A DNA stretch of 64,000 bases from the human T2T-CHM13v2.0 reference genome, Homo sapiens, in assembly GCF_009914755.1 (NCBI RefSeq), contig NC_060943.1; one strand, written 5' to 3'. Position numbers and translations under genes: made by a program. The notes beneath the pieces are model-generated. The model searched no databases. It had not been told where the DNA came from and saw only the letters and a list, made by a program, of their open reading frames with translations. The stretch's first letter is position 1. Every line of letters starts with the position of its first letter. Positions 23,185 to 35,292 of the stretch are shown here, piece by piece.

Positions 23185-23615
23185 GAGGAGGTGTGGCGCC
23201 TCTCAACATCTATTCCACTCTCCTAGCGCACCTTCCTGCGACTGCAGCGGCTGGAGGGCTCAAAACTACGTTTCCCAGAATGCCTTGTGGCTGCGCATGT
23301 GGCCGGAGGTTAGGTTCCACGAATCAGGTGCCTCCGCGGGAAGCTTGAATTTCTTACCGAAGTAAGCTGGGCGAGAGGCAGCCCGAAGGCCAGTGCAGAT
23401 CCCGGCGAGAGGCTGCGGCGGTGGAGCCGGCTGGCGGCTTCCTGATCGCGCAGGAGGAGCAGCGGTTCCTGGACGGCCCTTTCTGAGCGCTGGATTTGAG
23501 AATGCCCTGGAGGCTCAGCCTAGATTCTGTTTCTTCTGAGAGGTTCTGTGTCCCTTAATAAGTCCTTTTTGCTTACACTGTCCCAAGTGAATTCTGTTCG
23601 CGCCTCTGAGCAACG
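23185..23615 (+). mobile_element. Ancient ERVL-type LTR (LTR16/LTR33-like) with unusual CpG retention
   Basis: CTACGTTTCCCAG core and a 3' end AATAAGTCCTTTTTGCTTACACT...TTCTGTT resembling these families. Family assigned by eye. Confidence 0.45.
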
Positions 23616-24689
23616 ATGGGTACACAGACAGGGAGAAATAGATGCAGACACGGACAGAGACAGGGAAAGTGATTCAGGGAGACACACAGAGACCCCATCC
23701 CTGCGAAGAGACAAGGAGAAAGACAATTCTGCAGAAGTGGGGTGGAGATGCAGGAAAAAAAATCAATGGGAGAAGGAAGACCTGGTTAGACAGACACTCA
23801 GAGAAATACGGAAGATAACAGGCAGAGAGGAGTGAGAGGCAAGGGCAGGTGGGCCAGAAACAGGGACACGGAGACCTCACCAGAATGCTGGCGTGAAGGT
23901 GTTGGTTGAGAGGCCTCATTTTAAATATTTATTTATTTATTTATTTAGGGACGGACTCTCGGTCTGTCGCCCAGGCTGGAGTGTAGTGGCGCAATCTCCC
24001 CTCACTGCAACCTCCACCTCCGGGTTCAGCAATTCTCCTGCCTCAGCCTCCCGAGTAGCTGGGATTACAAGCATCTGCCATCTCGCCTGGCTAATTTTTG
24101 TATTATTAGTAGAGACGGGGTTTCACCATGTTGGCCAGGCTGGTCTCGAACTCCTGACCTCAGGTGATCCGCCCACCTCGGCCTCCCAAAGTGCCGGGAT
24201 TACAGGTGTGAGCCACCGCGCCCGGCCGGAGAGGCCTCTTTAGAGAACAGACTTCTCTGAAGGCATGGCAGTTGAAGGCAGGAGAATGGAGGGGACTTTG
24301 GAGAAATCTCTGACTTGCTAGACTCTCTGATTTTGGTGGCAGCGAGCATTTGCCTGGCAGAACGTCTCTTTGTCCCAGCACCTATTCCCAGCCCAAAGCT
24401 TCATCAGCTCTGACTGCGGAGGGGGTAGTGCCCCTGAAAGTGTTTCCCATTCTCCATCACTTGCCCCTGAGGCCTTGTCCCCCAAAACCAGCCCCCACTT
24501 GACAGCTTGGTAGGAGTGAGAACAGTGACTCAACTGGTTTTAATGTGTGAGGCAGATTCCAGGAGTAGTGACTGACTGAGGAACTAAGAGGAGTTGGGGG
24601 TGGCGGGAGGGACAGAAGGACTGCAAAACAGGGACACCAACGAAAAAAGAGAGGGAAACGTAGGGACAGAAAGCAGGGAGCGTGTGAGG

Positions 24690-25020
24690 CAGGGAAAGTG
24701 GAGACTGAGAAACTAGGGGCAGAGAGAGGGAGGGATCCAGGGGCTGAGAGAGGGGACAGAGGGGAGACAGAGGTGGGGGGCAGAGGGACAGAGAGGAGGG
24801 GCAGAGGAGGGGGACAGAAAGACAGAGAGGGGGAGGATGAACAGAGAGAAGGAGACAGAAGGACAGAGAGAGGGAGACAGAGGGACAGAGGGGGGACAGA
24901 GGGACAGGATGGGGAGCAGAGGGACAGAGGGAGGGAGGATGGAGGAACATAGAGAGGGGACAGAGAGATGGGGGGCACAGAGGGACAGAGAAGGGTGACA
25001 GAAGGGCAGAGAGGAAAGGG
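24690..25020 (+). repeat. Purine-rich degenerate (GGGACAGAG)n repeat
   Basis: Many GGACAGA/GGGACAGAG units. Confidence 0.85.
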
Positions 25021-25151
25021 ATACAGGAGTTACGGGCAGTAAGCTGGGCATGCCCCAGTTGGGATTCCAGATGGTGGACGCCTCGGCTCCTTTAACCAGT
25101 TCTCCTGGCTTTTTTTGTTGCCCCTCAGATTTCTTTTTGTTTTCCTCCACC

Positions 25152-25637
<486 letters not shown>

Positions 25638-26944
25638 TCTCCGTCACTTTCCAGTTTCTGCCTCTTTTTCATTTTCTATTTGTGTGTGCCTGCCTCTCCC
25701 TCTCTTCTAGTTCATCTCCACCATCTCTATTCTCCTTCCTCTGTTTTTTATTTTTGTTTGAGACAGGGTCTTCCTCTGTTACCCAGGCTGGAGTGCAGTG
25801 GTGTGATCTCACTGCAAACTGCCTCCAGGGATCAAGCGATCCTTCCACCTCAGCCTCCCAAGGAGCTGGGACTACAGGCACGCACCACCACACCTAGCTA
25901 ACTTTTATGTTTTTTGTAGAAACAGGGTTTCGTCATGTTGTCCAGGATGGCCTCAAACTCCTGAGCTCACGAGATTCTCCCACCTCTGCCTCCCAAAGTG
26001 CTGGGATTACAGGCATGAGCCACTGCGCCTGGCCTCCCCGTCCCCTCTTAATGACCTGGCTCCTCTCATGTGTAGAGACCTCTCTTGAGACACCCCCACC
26101 AGGTCCCTGCCTAGGCCCCTTCCTCCCTCCTTCCCCCTTCCCAGCCCTCTTTCTAGGGCTGTCTCTGTGCTCCAGGCAACTTCTCTGTCTTCTTTCTCCA
26201 TCTCTCTTCTCATTCAGATCCCCCACCTTTGCAATTCTCTCTATACTCCCCTCACCCCCTGCCCAGAGGAGAAGGTTTGGGGGCTTTGAGGGAGCTAGGA
26301 ATCTCCCATTACTCACCTTCATCCTGACCTCATCTCCTTTCCTTTCCATTTCCTGGGCCAGAGACATCATGAGGGTTTTCCAAAGCCACACAGCAGAACA
26401 GAAACACCCGCCCTGTCCCTCCAAATCCCTTCCAATTTCCCAGCTTCTTGGTGGAAAATTCCTTTACTCTTCCTGAAAATGGCCTGGCTTGGCAATGTTT
26501 CTGAATACCAGGCAATGCTTGAGGGTCACAGGCCAGGACCAGAGGCGCCTGTGGCTCATGGGATGGTAGACTTTTGGACACCTACTATGTGCTGAGAGTG
26601 AGGGATATGGCCTGTGGGCTGTAAATACAACAACAGTGATGTGTCCTGGGCATCACCATATCCCTAGGCCCAGAACACAGTAGGTGTTCAATAAATACCT
26701 GTTGAATGAACGAATGAATGAGTGGATGGACACATCCCCAGCAGGTGGAGCCTCATCTCCATGTCTGCCCTCCTCTTCATCCCTATCGCTCTTGCTTACT
26801 TTATCCTAGCCTGAGTCCCCCTTCTTCCATCCCCCTCTGTTGGGCTTGTCCTTTTCTGGAGTCCTGTTATTGTTATTTTTATCAGCTGGAGGGGGTCTCT
26901 GGTGACTACCATGCGCTGAGCGTTTTCTCTATGTCAGGTACTGA

Positions 26945-27572
<628 letters not shown>

Positions 27573-28570
27573 TGATTCTCCTGCCTCAGTGTTCTGAGTA
27601 GCTGGGATTACAGCCACCTGCCACCATGTCCAGCTAATTTTTGTATTTTTAGTAAAGAAATGGTTTCACCATGTTGGCTGGTCTCGAACTCCTGACCTCA
27701 AGTGATCCGCCTGCCTCAGCCTCCCAAATTGCTGGGATTACAGGTGTGAGCCACCACACCCAGCCAGGCTAGTAATTTTTAAATATTTGCTCAGGGGTTG
27801 CAAACGTCCAGAGCCTAGGCATGTGAGATAAATGAGCAGTGCCGGTCAGGAAGGGGCTAAGCCTCTCTGCCCTGGGTGAGTGGCAGTGGCTGCCCCAGGC
27901 CAGCCCATTATGGGCAGGTGGCAATTGCAATCAAAGCTATCACATGGCATTTCTCAAGAGGGTCTTGAAACCCATGTTTTCAAAAGTCTCCCAATGTTTA
28001 AATGCTGGCAACAATTCCACAAAACACTGTTTGGGTCAAATGAAATTATGGGTACCGCACCTGCCTGTTGGCCGATGGTTTGCAACCTCTGAATTCATTT
28101 GAGTCCCACGTGTCAGGTTTTGTGTTAAGAAGAATTTCCCAATTCCAGTAGACTGTATGCTCCAAAAAGCCAGAGATACCTGGGTCTGTTTTGTTCATTG
28201 CTTTATCTTCAGCACCTAGAACAGTGCCTTATGCATCATAGGTCTTCAGTAATCATTTTTAAAAAAGTGAATAGTGTATCGATCCAAGCATAAGCCATAT
28301 GATGTAGAAATAACAATTTAAAAAATCCCCATGTTACAGATGGGGACCTGAAGGCTCAGAGGAGCAAAGGACTGAGGGTAACACAGCAGCACGGGGATCT
28401 AAACCCATAGCTCACCTGACTCGAAAACCTCCACCTTGGCCTATCCTGATTCTACCTGGCGTTGTGTATTTGCAGGGCTGTGTGTGGGGATGTGCGTCCA
28501 AGACAAAAGCCTGTTTGTGGGACTGTGGCTCTGCATATGTGTGTGGTGGTGGTGGTGTCGGTTCTCCTGA

Positions 28571-28946
<376 letters not shown>

Positions 28947-29178
28947 TCACCCCGTCCAGAGAGAACAGTCCTCCCTCCCCAGCTCCCCCATCTGGGACCA
29001 TCCTCAGGGGTCCCCCCACCCTCTTCCCCTAAATGCCCAGAGCCCTGGGGGAAAGGGGGAAAGAATTTAGGATGAGGGTGGAGGTGCAGGGAGGAGGGAG
29101 AGGGAAGGGGATGGGTTAAGAAGGAGTGTGTGATGTCAAGCAAAAAAGACAACATTAGACACAGATGCTGAGATGGCG

Positions 29179-29184
29179 TTTATC
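29179..29184 (-). terminator. NOVA2: Candidate distal NOVA2 poly(A) signal GATAAA
   Basis: TTTATC on the + strand. Downstream on the minus strand is UGUGUCUAAUGUUGUCUUUUUUG (GU-rich DSE). It sits near the edge of the Alu-free block. Confidence 0.55.
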
Positions 29185-32100
29185 GCGGCAAAAAAAGGTG
29201 AAGTCGCCGAGGGGAAAGGGGTGGGGAAAGGGGGTGTGGTGGGGGCTGGGGTGGGGGCCATGGAAGCTAATACATGGTGCACTAGGTCACACAACGGACA
29301 CTGGGGGTGGGTGAGTGGGTGGGGTGGGCGTGGCCCAGGCATGGCAATGTGGGGAGTGGGAGGAGACGGCAGTGCACCCCAGCCAGGAGCTTCTGGAGGT
29401 GGTGGGCAGGAGGCGGGCGGCGTCTCTGGTCGCAGAGGATGGAAGGAATCAGTTAGAGGGGGTTGAATGGAGGCACTGGAGGCATGGCCACATTCCAAGA
29501 AATGGAATGAAGGAGTGGGACAGCAGGCAGGGGGCCAGCCTGGGGCCTGGGCCTTTTAATCTAAGGACTGGGGAGAACCAAGGGACCTTAGAGGTCCTCC
29601 AGTCCTCCCCATATTCCAAGAGGGAGAACAAGCCTGGAGAGGAGGCTACCTTAAGGTCCTAAGAAGGATTTAGCAATCGGTTCTCCAAAGATGGCCCTGC
29701 AGCCTCCCCTGTCCCCCATTCTTCTGCTACCCTGTCTCCAACAGAGAAAGGGGGAAGAGAGGTTCTAGCTCCTCTGACTCCACCATTATCTCACTGAGGC
29801 TCCTCAGGGAAATTGGAGGATGAATCCATTTCACAGAAGGGGAAAACGGAGGCATCCTCCCAGACTACACCTTTCCACACCTCTCCCACCACCCTGCCGG
29901 GGAATCTATGCACCCCATCCCTCTAGAGTAATACTGATAGCTTGAAATCCTTAGCGATGGGGACAGGTGAGGGGACATACCTTAAAATTCTCCCAAATCG
30001 ACCCGGGATGTGGGCCATGCCTCCAGTGGCCTGAGATGCCAACATAAAGAAAAGAAAAATGACTCCCCACGTCCCCTGGCTCAAACCCAGTACAAAAGTG
30101 ACTATTTACAATGAAGGCGTGGGGAGTGTGTGGGGGGCACACGAAGGAGGGGGTCAGAGTGAGCGCTCCATTTGAGGGAGGCCACGCCCCTGGACCCGCC
30201 TTTTAAAGGGACAAAGCCAAATAGCATAGATATTTATAGAGGATGTCAATCCCCAGGGTGGGGCAGACCCTAGGGGTGAGGGATGGGGGTGGGGCATGGG
30301 ATGGGGTGCGGGTGGGGAGGCATGGGTGGTGGGAGGAGATGGAGGAAAGGTAGCAACTGCCCCTAGCCTCCCCCCTCCCCCCTGCCGGACACACAGTTTT
30401 CCGTGGGATGAACACAGAAAGGGTTAATCAAAAAGAGTTCGATGAGCGAGTCTGACGGTCGAGTGGGGCGGGCTGGAGCAATGAGGCCGCAGGTCCCGGT
30501 GGCCGGTGGTGATGGAGTCACTTAGAAGATGAGAGGTTGGTGGTTTTGGGGGGAGAGGTGGGGTAGGGAAAGGGGTGGGGGAGGGGGGGTTAGGCAGTCC
30601 CCCCCCAGTTATCTCTGGGAGACAAGTGTCCTGGACTGGTTGAGAAGGGATTAAAAACCAGCAGCCTTCACCACCATGACCCCACAGATTCTCTTCCCAT
30701 TTCCCTCCCTGCCACCCAGCAATCTCCAATGCAACTTGCAGGGGACACTAAGACAGACCATACACACCAGCAGTGGCGCCCGGAGACAAGCCCTCTCCAA
30801 CCACGGCGTGGAGACAGCTGACCACAGTGCAAACGGATCGCGATAGCAGGGCTGGGTGTTATCACCCCAGTAAACCAGTGTCCCTGGCTCGCCTGTGCCC
30901 CAGCTTGGGTATCGCGATCCCGTTCTCCCCATCGTGACATCCAGTCCAGGCTTTCAGGACAGCGAGCCCGGTTTCCAGGCAGGTGCTTGTCGAAGGCCTG
31001 GCTGGCTGTACCGACAGGCGGGCACTCAGTCAGCAGCCTGGACGCCCCAACTGCCATCCTCATCGCCACTCTTGTTAATACTTTTGCCACTGCACAGTCT
31101 ATCACAGCCTCTAATCCCGGTCCTGAAACAGCAATCATCCATTCAGGGGGACTCCTCTCATTTTCCAAACAATTGGCCACCAATCAAAACAAAGTAAGAA
31201 GGAGGATGTGGGATGGAGGAACAGGGAGGAGAAACAGAATGAGGGGATATTGAAGGATTTGGTGGTCCAGAGGGGAGAGGAAATACACCTCGGAGATAAG
31301 CGACACCCTGGTGTTCCAAGTAGAGGTCCCCAACCATCTATAGGTCGGCTTTTATCAACATCCACTTGGGATACCCATAATTCCCAACTACAAGTCCAGG
31401 GTAGGCGTTAGGGCAGATAGAAACGGCAAAATCATTGTCTTCTGATCACCACCCCTACTAATTATTGCAGTGAAGCCTCCTTGCCCATGTAGAGGTGGCT
31501 GGGACAGGGCAGAAGAAGGTGGCTGGGCAGGTTGGCTCAGAGCCCCCTGAGATGGGGGATGAAGGAGGTTAATTTGGCACATCGAACCCCCTCTTCTCAT
31601 AGGAGCTTTGAGGTCCTTCTCTTGAATCCAGTTGGTACCGCCCCTTGGGCTAGCAGAGGAGGAGTTGAGCTTGTCTCCTCCTCCCCAGTTTCCATAGATT
31701 TGCCAGGAAGTTGGCAAGTGGGATTCTCCTTGGCTGGTGGAATTTGGGGGGACCCAAAAGGATAGGGGTAAGTTGAAAAGGAGAGCTTTTTTCTGTCTTT
31801 TTTTTTTTTTCTTACAAAGATTCTAAGAAAAACTCAGGGTGGGAGGGCTGTGGAAGGGGGACCCAATTTAGCTCCATGTCCACACTTTTGCAATGCCTCT
31901 TAGGGACCTCCTCAAAGAGAAATGGTCCCATTTCCTCCCCTCTATCCAAGGTCCTCTCCCCCCAGAGCGGCTCAGTTCCAAGGAAGTTTGGCACTTTTTT
32001 TTTTTTTTAAATGGGGAAATTGGGGAGAGAGAGTTGAGACATTTGAGGAAAGGAGGAAGACAGACAAAGACTAAGATAGAGACAGGACAGAAAACAATGG

Positions 32101-34966
32101 GAACCACACGGAGGAAAAAAAAATAGAAAGTCATAGGGAGCCAGACAAAGAAAGGGAGGAAGACACTTGGAGAAGGTATGGGAAGCTAGAGGGCAAATGA
32201 GAAGGAATAGGGAGATAATTCAATGCAGCAAACACTTATTAAGCACCTACTGGGTGCTGAAGAGAAGGGTGCAAGGAGGCCACTCAGAGACTCTGAGATC
32301 GGATTGGCTAATAGGGAGACGGGGAAAAAAAAAGAGATGATGGGTTTTTCAATAATCCTCATCCCTGACCCCACATCTGTGTCCCCTCTGGACAAACTGC
32401 AGCACAAAAGATTGAGGTCAGATTGCAGAAGGGACTTTCAAGAGATGGCAAAGATGGTGGAGTGAGTTTCCCAGGGTAAAATGGGGAAAGGTGTGGCTCT
32501 CTGCTCACCAACATGGTGAGTGAACTAGCTCACTGAGCTAGCAAAGTATACCTTTCAGATCACCCTGGCTGGCTGGGTAGGGGGTCCCCAAGAAATATGA
32601 ATAGGGAGGGGTTGTTACACAGACACCCCAAGCAAACACTTTTCAGGAGGCCCAGCCTCCGGAGATGTGTCTGTGTGAGAGGAGTCCTGGACCCGGCTGA
32701 TTGGGACCCAGACTCCAGTGAATGAGTTTGTAGAAAGCGGCTGCCAAGCGGAGGATGCAAATGATATGCAAATGAGTTCATTCAGATCCCACCTCCCCAG
32801 TCCCAGACCTTACTTCACTCTCCCTGGCTCCTTCCCTTCCTCATAGGGTCCTGGGGGGCTGTAGGGGGATATTCCAGCTAGATACTGTAATACTCGCGTG
32901 CGGGTAGAGATACTGTGAAATACTGTAAGGTCTTTTGAGAGGTGGAGGGGAGCAATGGCCCACAGAGCCGCCCCCACCTCTAACCCCAAGAGCCCCCAAC
33001 GGTAGTAGAAGATATGTACAAAGTTACATCAAGAATTGTTTTGGCACTCAGATCTCCATCTGGGTTCAGTCTGGAGATTAGGGGTGGGGCAACAACAATG
33101 GGAAGTGGGGGATAGGGGAGGGGAAGTGGGGCCTGCCTCCCACCCTGGAGATGACAAGGGCATGGAAAAAGTCACCCCAGTGCCCAAGTTACAGCCTCCC
33201 ATCGGGTGGAAGGGCTGGGGTGGGAAATTCAGTGCAAGGTACCTCGAAGGCTATTGCTTTCTAGGGATTTTCACATTTTGATTTGGGGGTGGCTCTCTAG
33301 CAAGGGAGAGGGATCTCCTAGGCTTTAGGGGCAGGAATTGTCTCTGTGGCTTTTCTTCCCTCCTTTTTTAGGAGAGAGACAAGGAGGCTGGATTTCCCCC
33401 AAAGTCATAGAGAAGAAAAGGGTTTGGAAGACCTAGGAGGCGGACAAATGGGGGAGAGGGTGGGCATGGGGCGCCCCTCCCCCAGAGATGCTGATGATGG
33501 AACCAGGGCACTGGGCGCCCTGCTTTGGGTTGGAGAAAGTGGAGGTGGTCTCCAAGGAAGAGAGGGAGATGGGTGGGGGTAGAGGGAGGTCTCAGCTATC
33601 CTAGTCTACATGGTTGTCAGGCCCTGAAATCTCAGTCTGCCAACAGGTCCTTAGAGCTGACCACAGCCACAGCACTCAGGGAGCCACTCCTAAACCAACT
33701 CTCAAGGCCGCCTGGCTTGTCAGACTCCATCAGAACATTCTAGTTCTCCAGAGCCCCTGGTGAGCACACCAAAACATTCTGATCCATCAGACATCACCGA
33801 AGTATGCCAGCTTGCTGGAAGCCACCAAACCAATCTAACCTATCAGACCACACGAAGCATTCTGGCCCAAGGGACCCTACTATGGCTCACTGAACTCTAC
33901 ACCTGGCCATACTGGCCTGACAGAGCCACCACACACTTGGCTCACCCGATTCAATGAAACAAAGCCACGCAGACACAGGCATGCACACAAAAGGCAGGGG
34001 TGGGAAGGGAGGTCTTTAACAGTAGTTTGCACTAGGTCCATCTCCCACCCCTCCCTCCAGGGCGAGTTCGCAGACTTGACGTGTTTGAATGGAGATGACC
34101 CTGACAATATTGGTTTTTTTCCGTTAGAGTCCTCCAGATTGGATCCAAGTCCCGTGCCTTATTCTCTTCCTAGGAAGACCCCCAGGCCAACACCCACCAA
34201 AGAAGGGTGTGGAGGGAGAAGGCAGGTCAGAGACTGGTCACTGTCCAATACAGGAAGTACATGCTTCAGCCTAATGACATCACAGGACGTGACCTCTAGG
34301 CATCACCGGAAGTACACCTTCCCATGATATCACCAAAGTGACCTTCAAGGAAGAACTCATTGAGACATCACAGGAAGTACCTGCTCCCTTATGTTCACAG
34401 GAAGTAACCTCTGAGGAACTGCTTCCTGTGACATCATAAGGGGTGCCCAGAAGCACCCCAGAAAGTACTCAGTGACATCACAACAGAGACCCTCATTGCC
34501 ATTACTCTAAGCCATCAGAGATACCACACCAAGTTGATCCAGCCTCTTGCAAGTCTTGCCCACAGGACTGGCCCAATCCCAGAGCTGGCATCCTTCCCAG
34601 CAGCACTGTCCCTGCCCCCCCATACAACCTGACAACAAAAGAGTGAACATTCCCACCTAGGAGGGACAGCTCCAGTGGGAGGAGAGTAGCTGAGAAGATC
34701 TGGGAACTCTGGGGTCCTTGCTCCAAATGCCCCATTTCAGCTCAGACGCCTCTGCTACCTCTACTCCCATGGCTTCCCTCAGATCTAGAACTGAAAGCAG
34801 AGAGGTGGGGTGTTGTGTTTTGGGAAGGCCCCTCATTCTGGGTGACCCAGAGGCTCCCTCCCCTCCTCCCATATGGAAACAAAAACTTATAAAGGGGGAA
34901 AAAATCCTTACCAAAAAAAAAAAAAAAAAAAAAGGAGGGAAAGAAAGAGAAAATAACGCTTTGTTT

Positions 34967-34972
34967 TCTATT
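34967..34972 (-). terminator. NOVA2: Candidate proximal NOVA2 poly(A) signal AATAGA
   Basis: Minus strand: UGUAUAUA (34991-34998) upstream, then AAUAGA, then a U-rich tract including ~20 U (34913-34933). Confidence 0.55.
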
Positions 34973-35292
34973 AAAATCAACAAAATGCAATATATACAGA
35001 TATCACACAGACCTGGGCCCTGGGACAGGAAGGGTCAGGCCCAGCCAAGCACAGGGAGGGAGGAAGGAGGGGTCAGTTCCGGGCTGGGGAGGGGGCTTCT
35101 GAGCCCCCTTCCCAACCGTCACTCAATCCTGCCTATGACTACCAGAAGGGGAGGGTGCAGTCGGGCCTACCCCAGCCCCATCCCAAGAGGAGCAGGACTA
35201 CACCAAGCTGAGGTCAGGAGTTGGGGGGGAGGAGGAGAGGGAAGAGGAGGAGATGGGAGGAGAGAAAAGGGTGGGAGCACACACCACAGGCC

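Larger units (their letters stand above)
29160..35292 (-). other. NOVA2: NOVA2 long 3'UTR (~6.1 kb, distal isoform)
   Basis: Continuous Alu-free unique sequence after the stop codon in an otherwise Alu-dense window. It ends at a variant PAS with a downstream GU-rich element and carries many mRNA-sense RBP and miRNA motifs. Confidence 0.75.

Noticed and set aside
32525-32541. 17-bp palindrome CTAGCTCA-C-TGAGCTAG
   Set aside because: A single short inverted repeat is expected by chance at this window size.
32882-32927. TACTGTA as miR-101/miR-144 sites
   Set aside because: The match is on the + strand, opposite to the NOVA2 mRNA.
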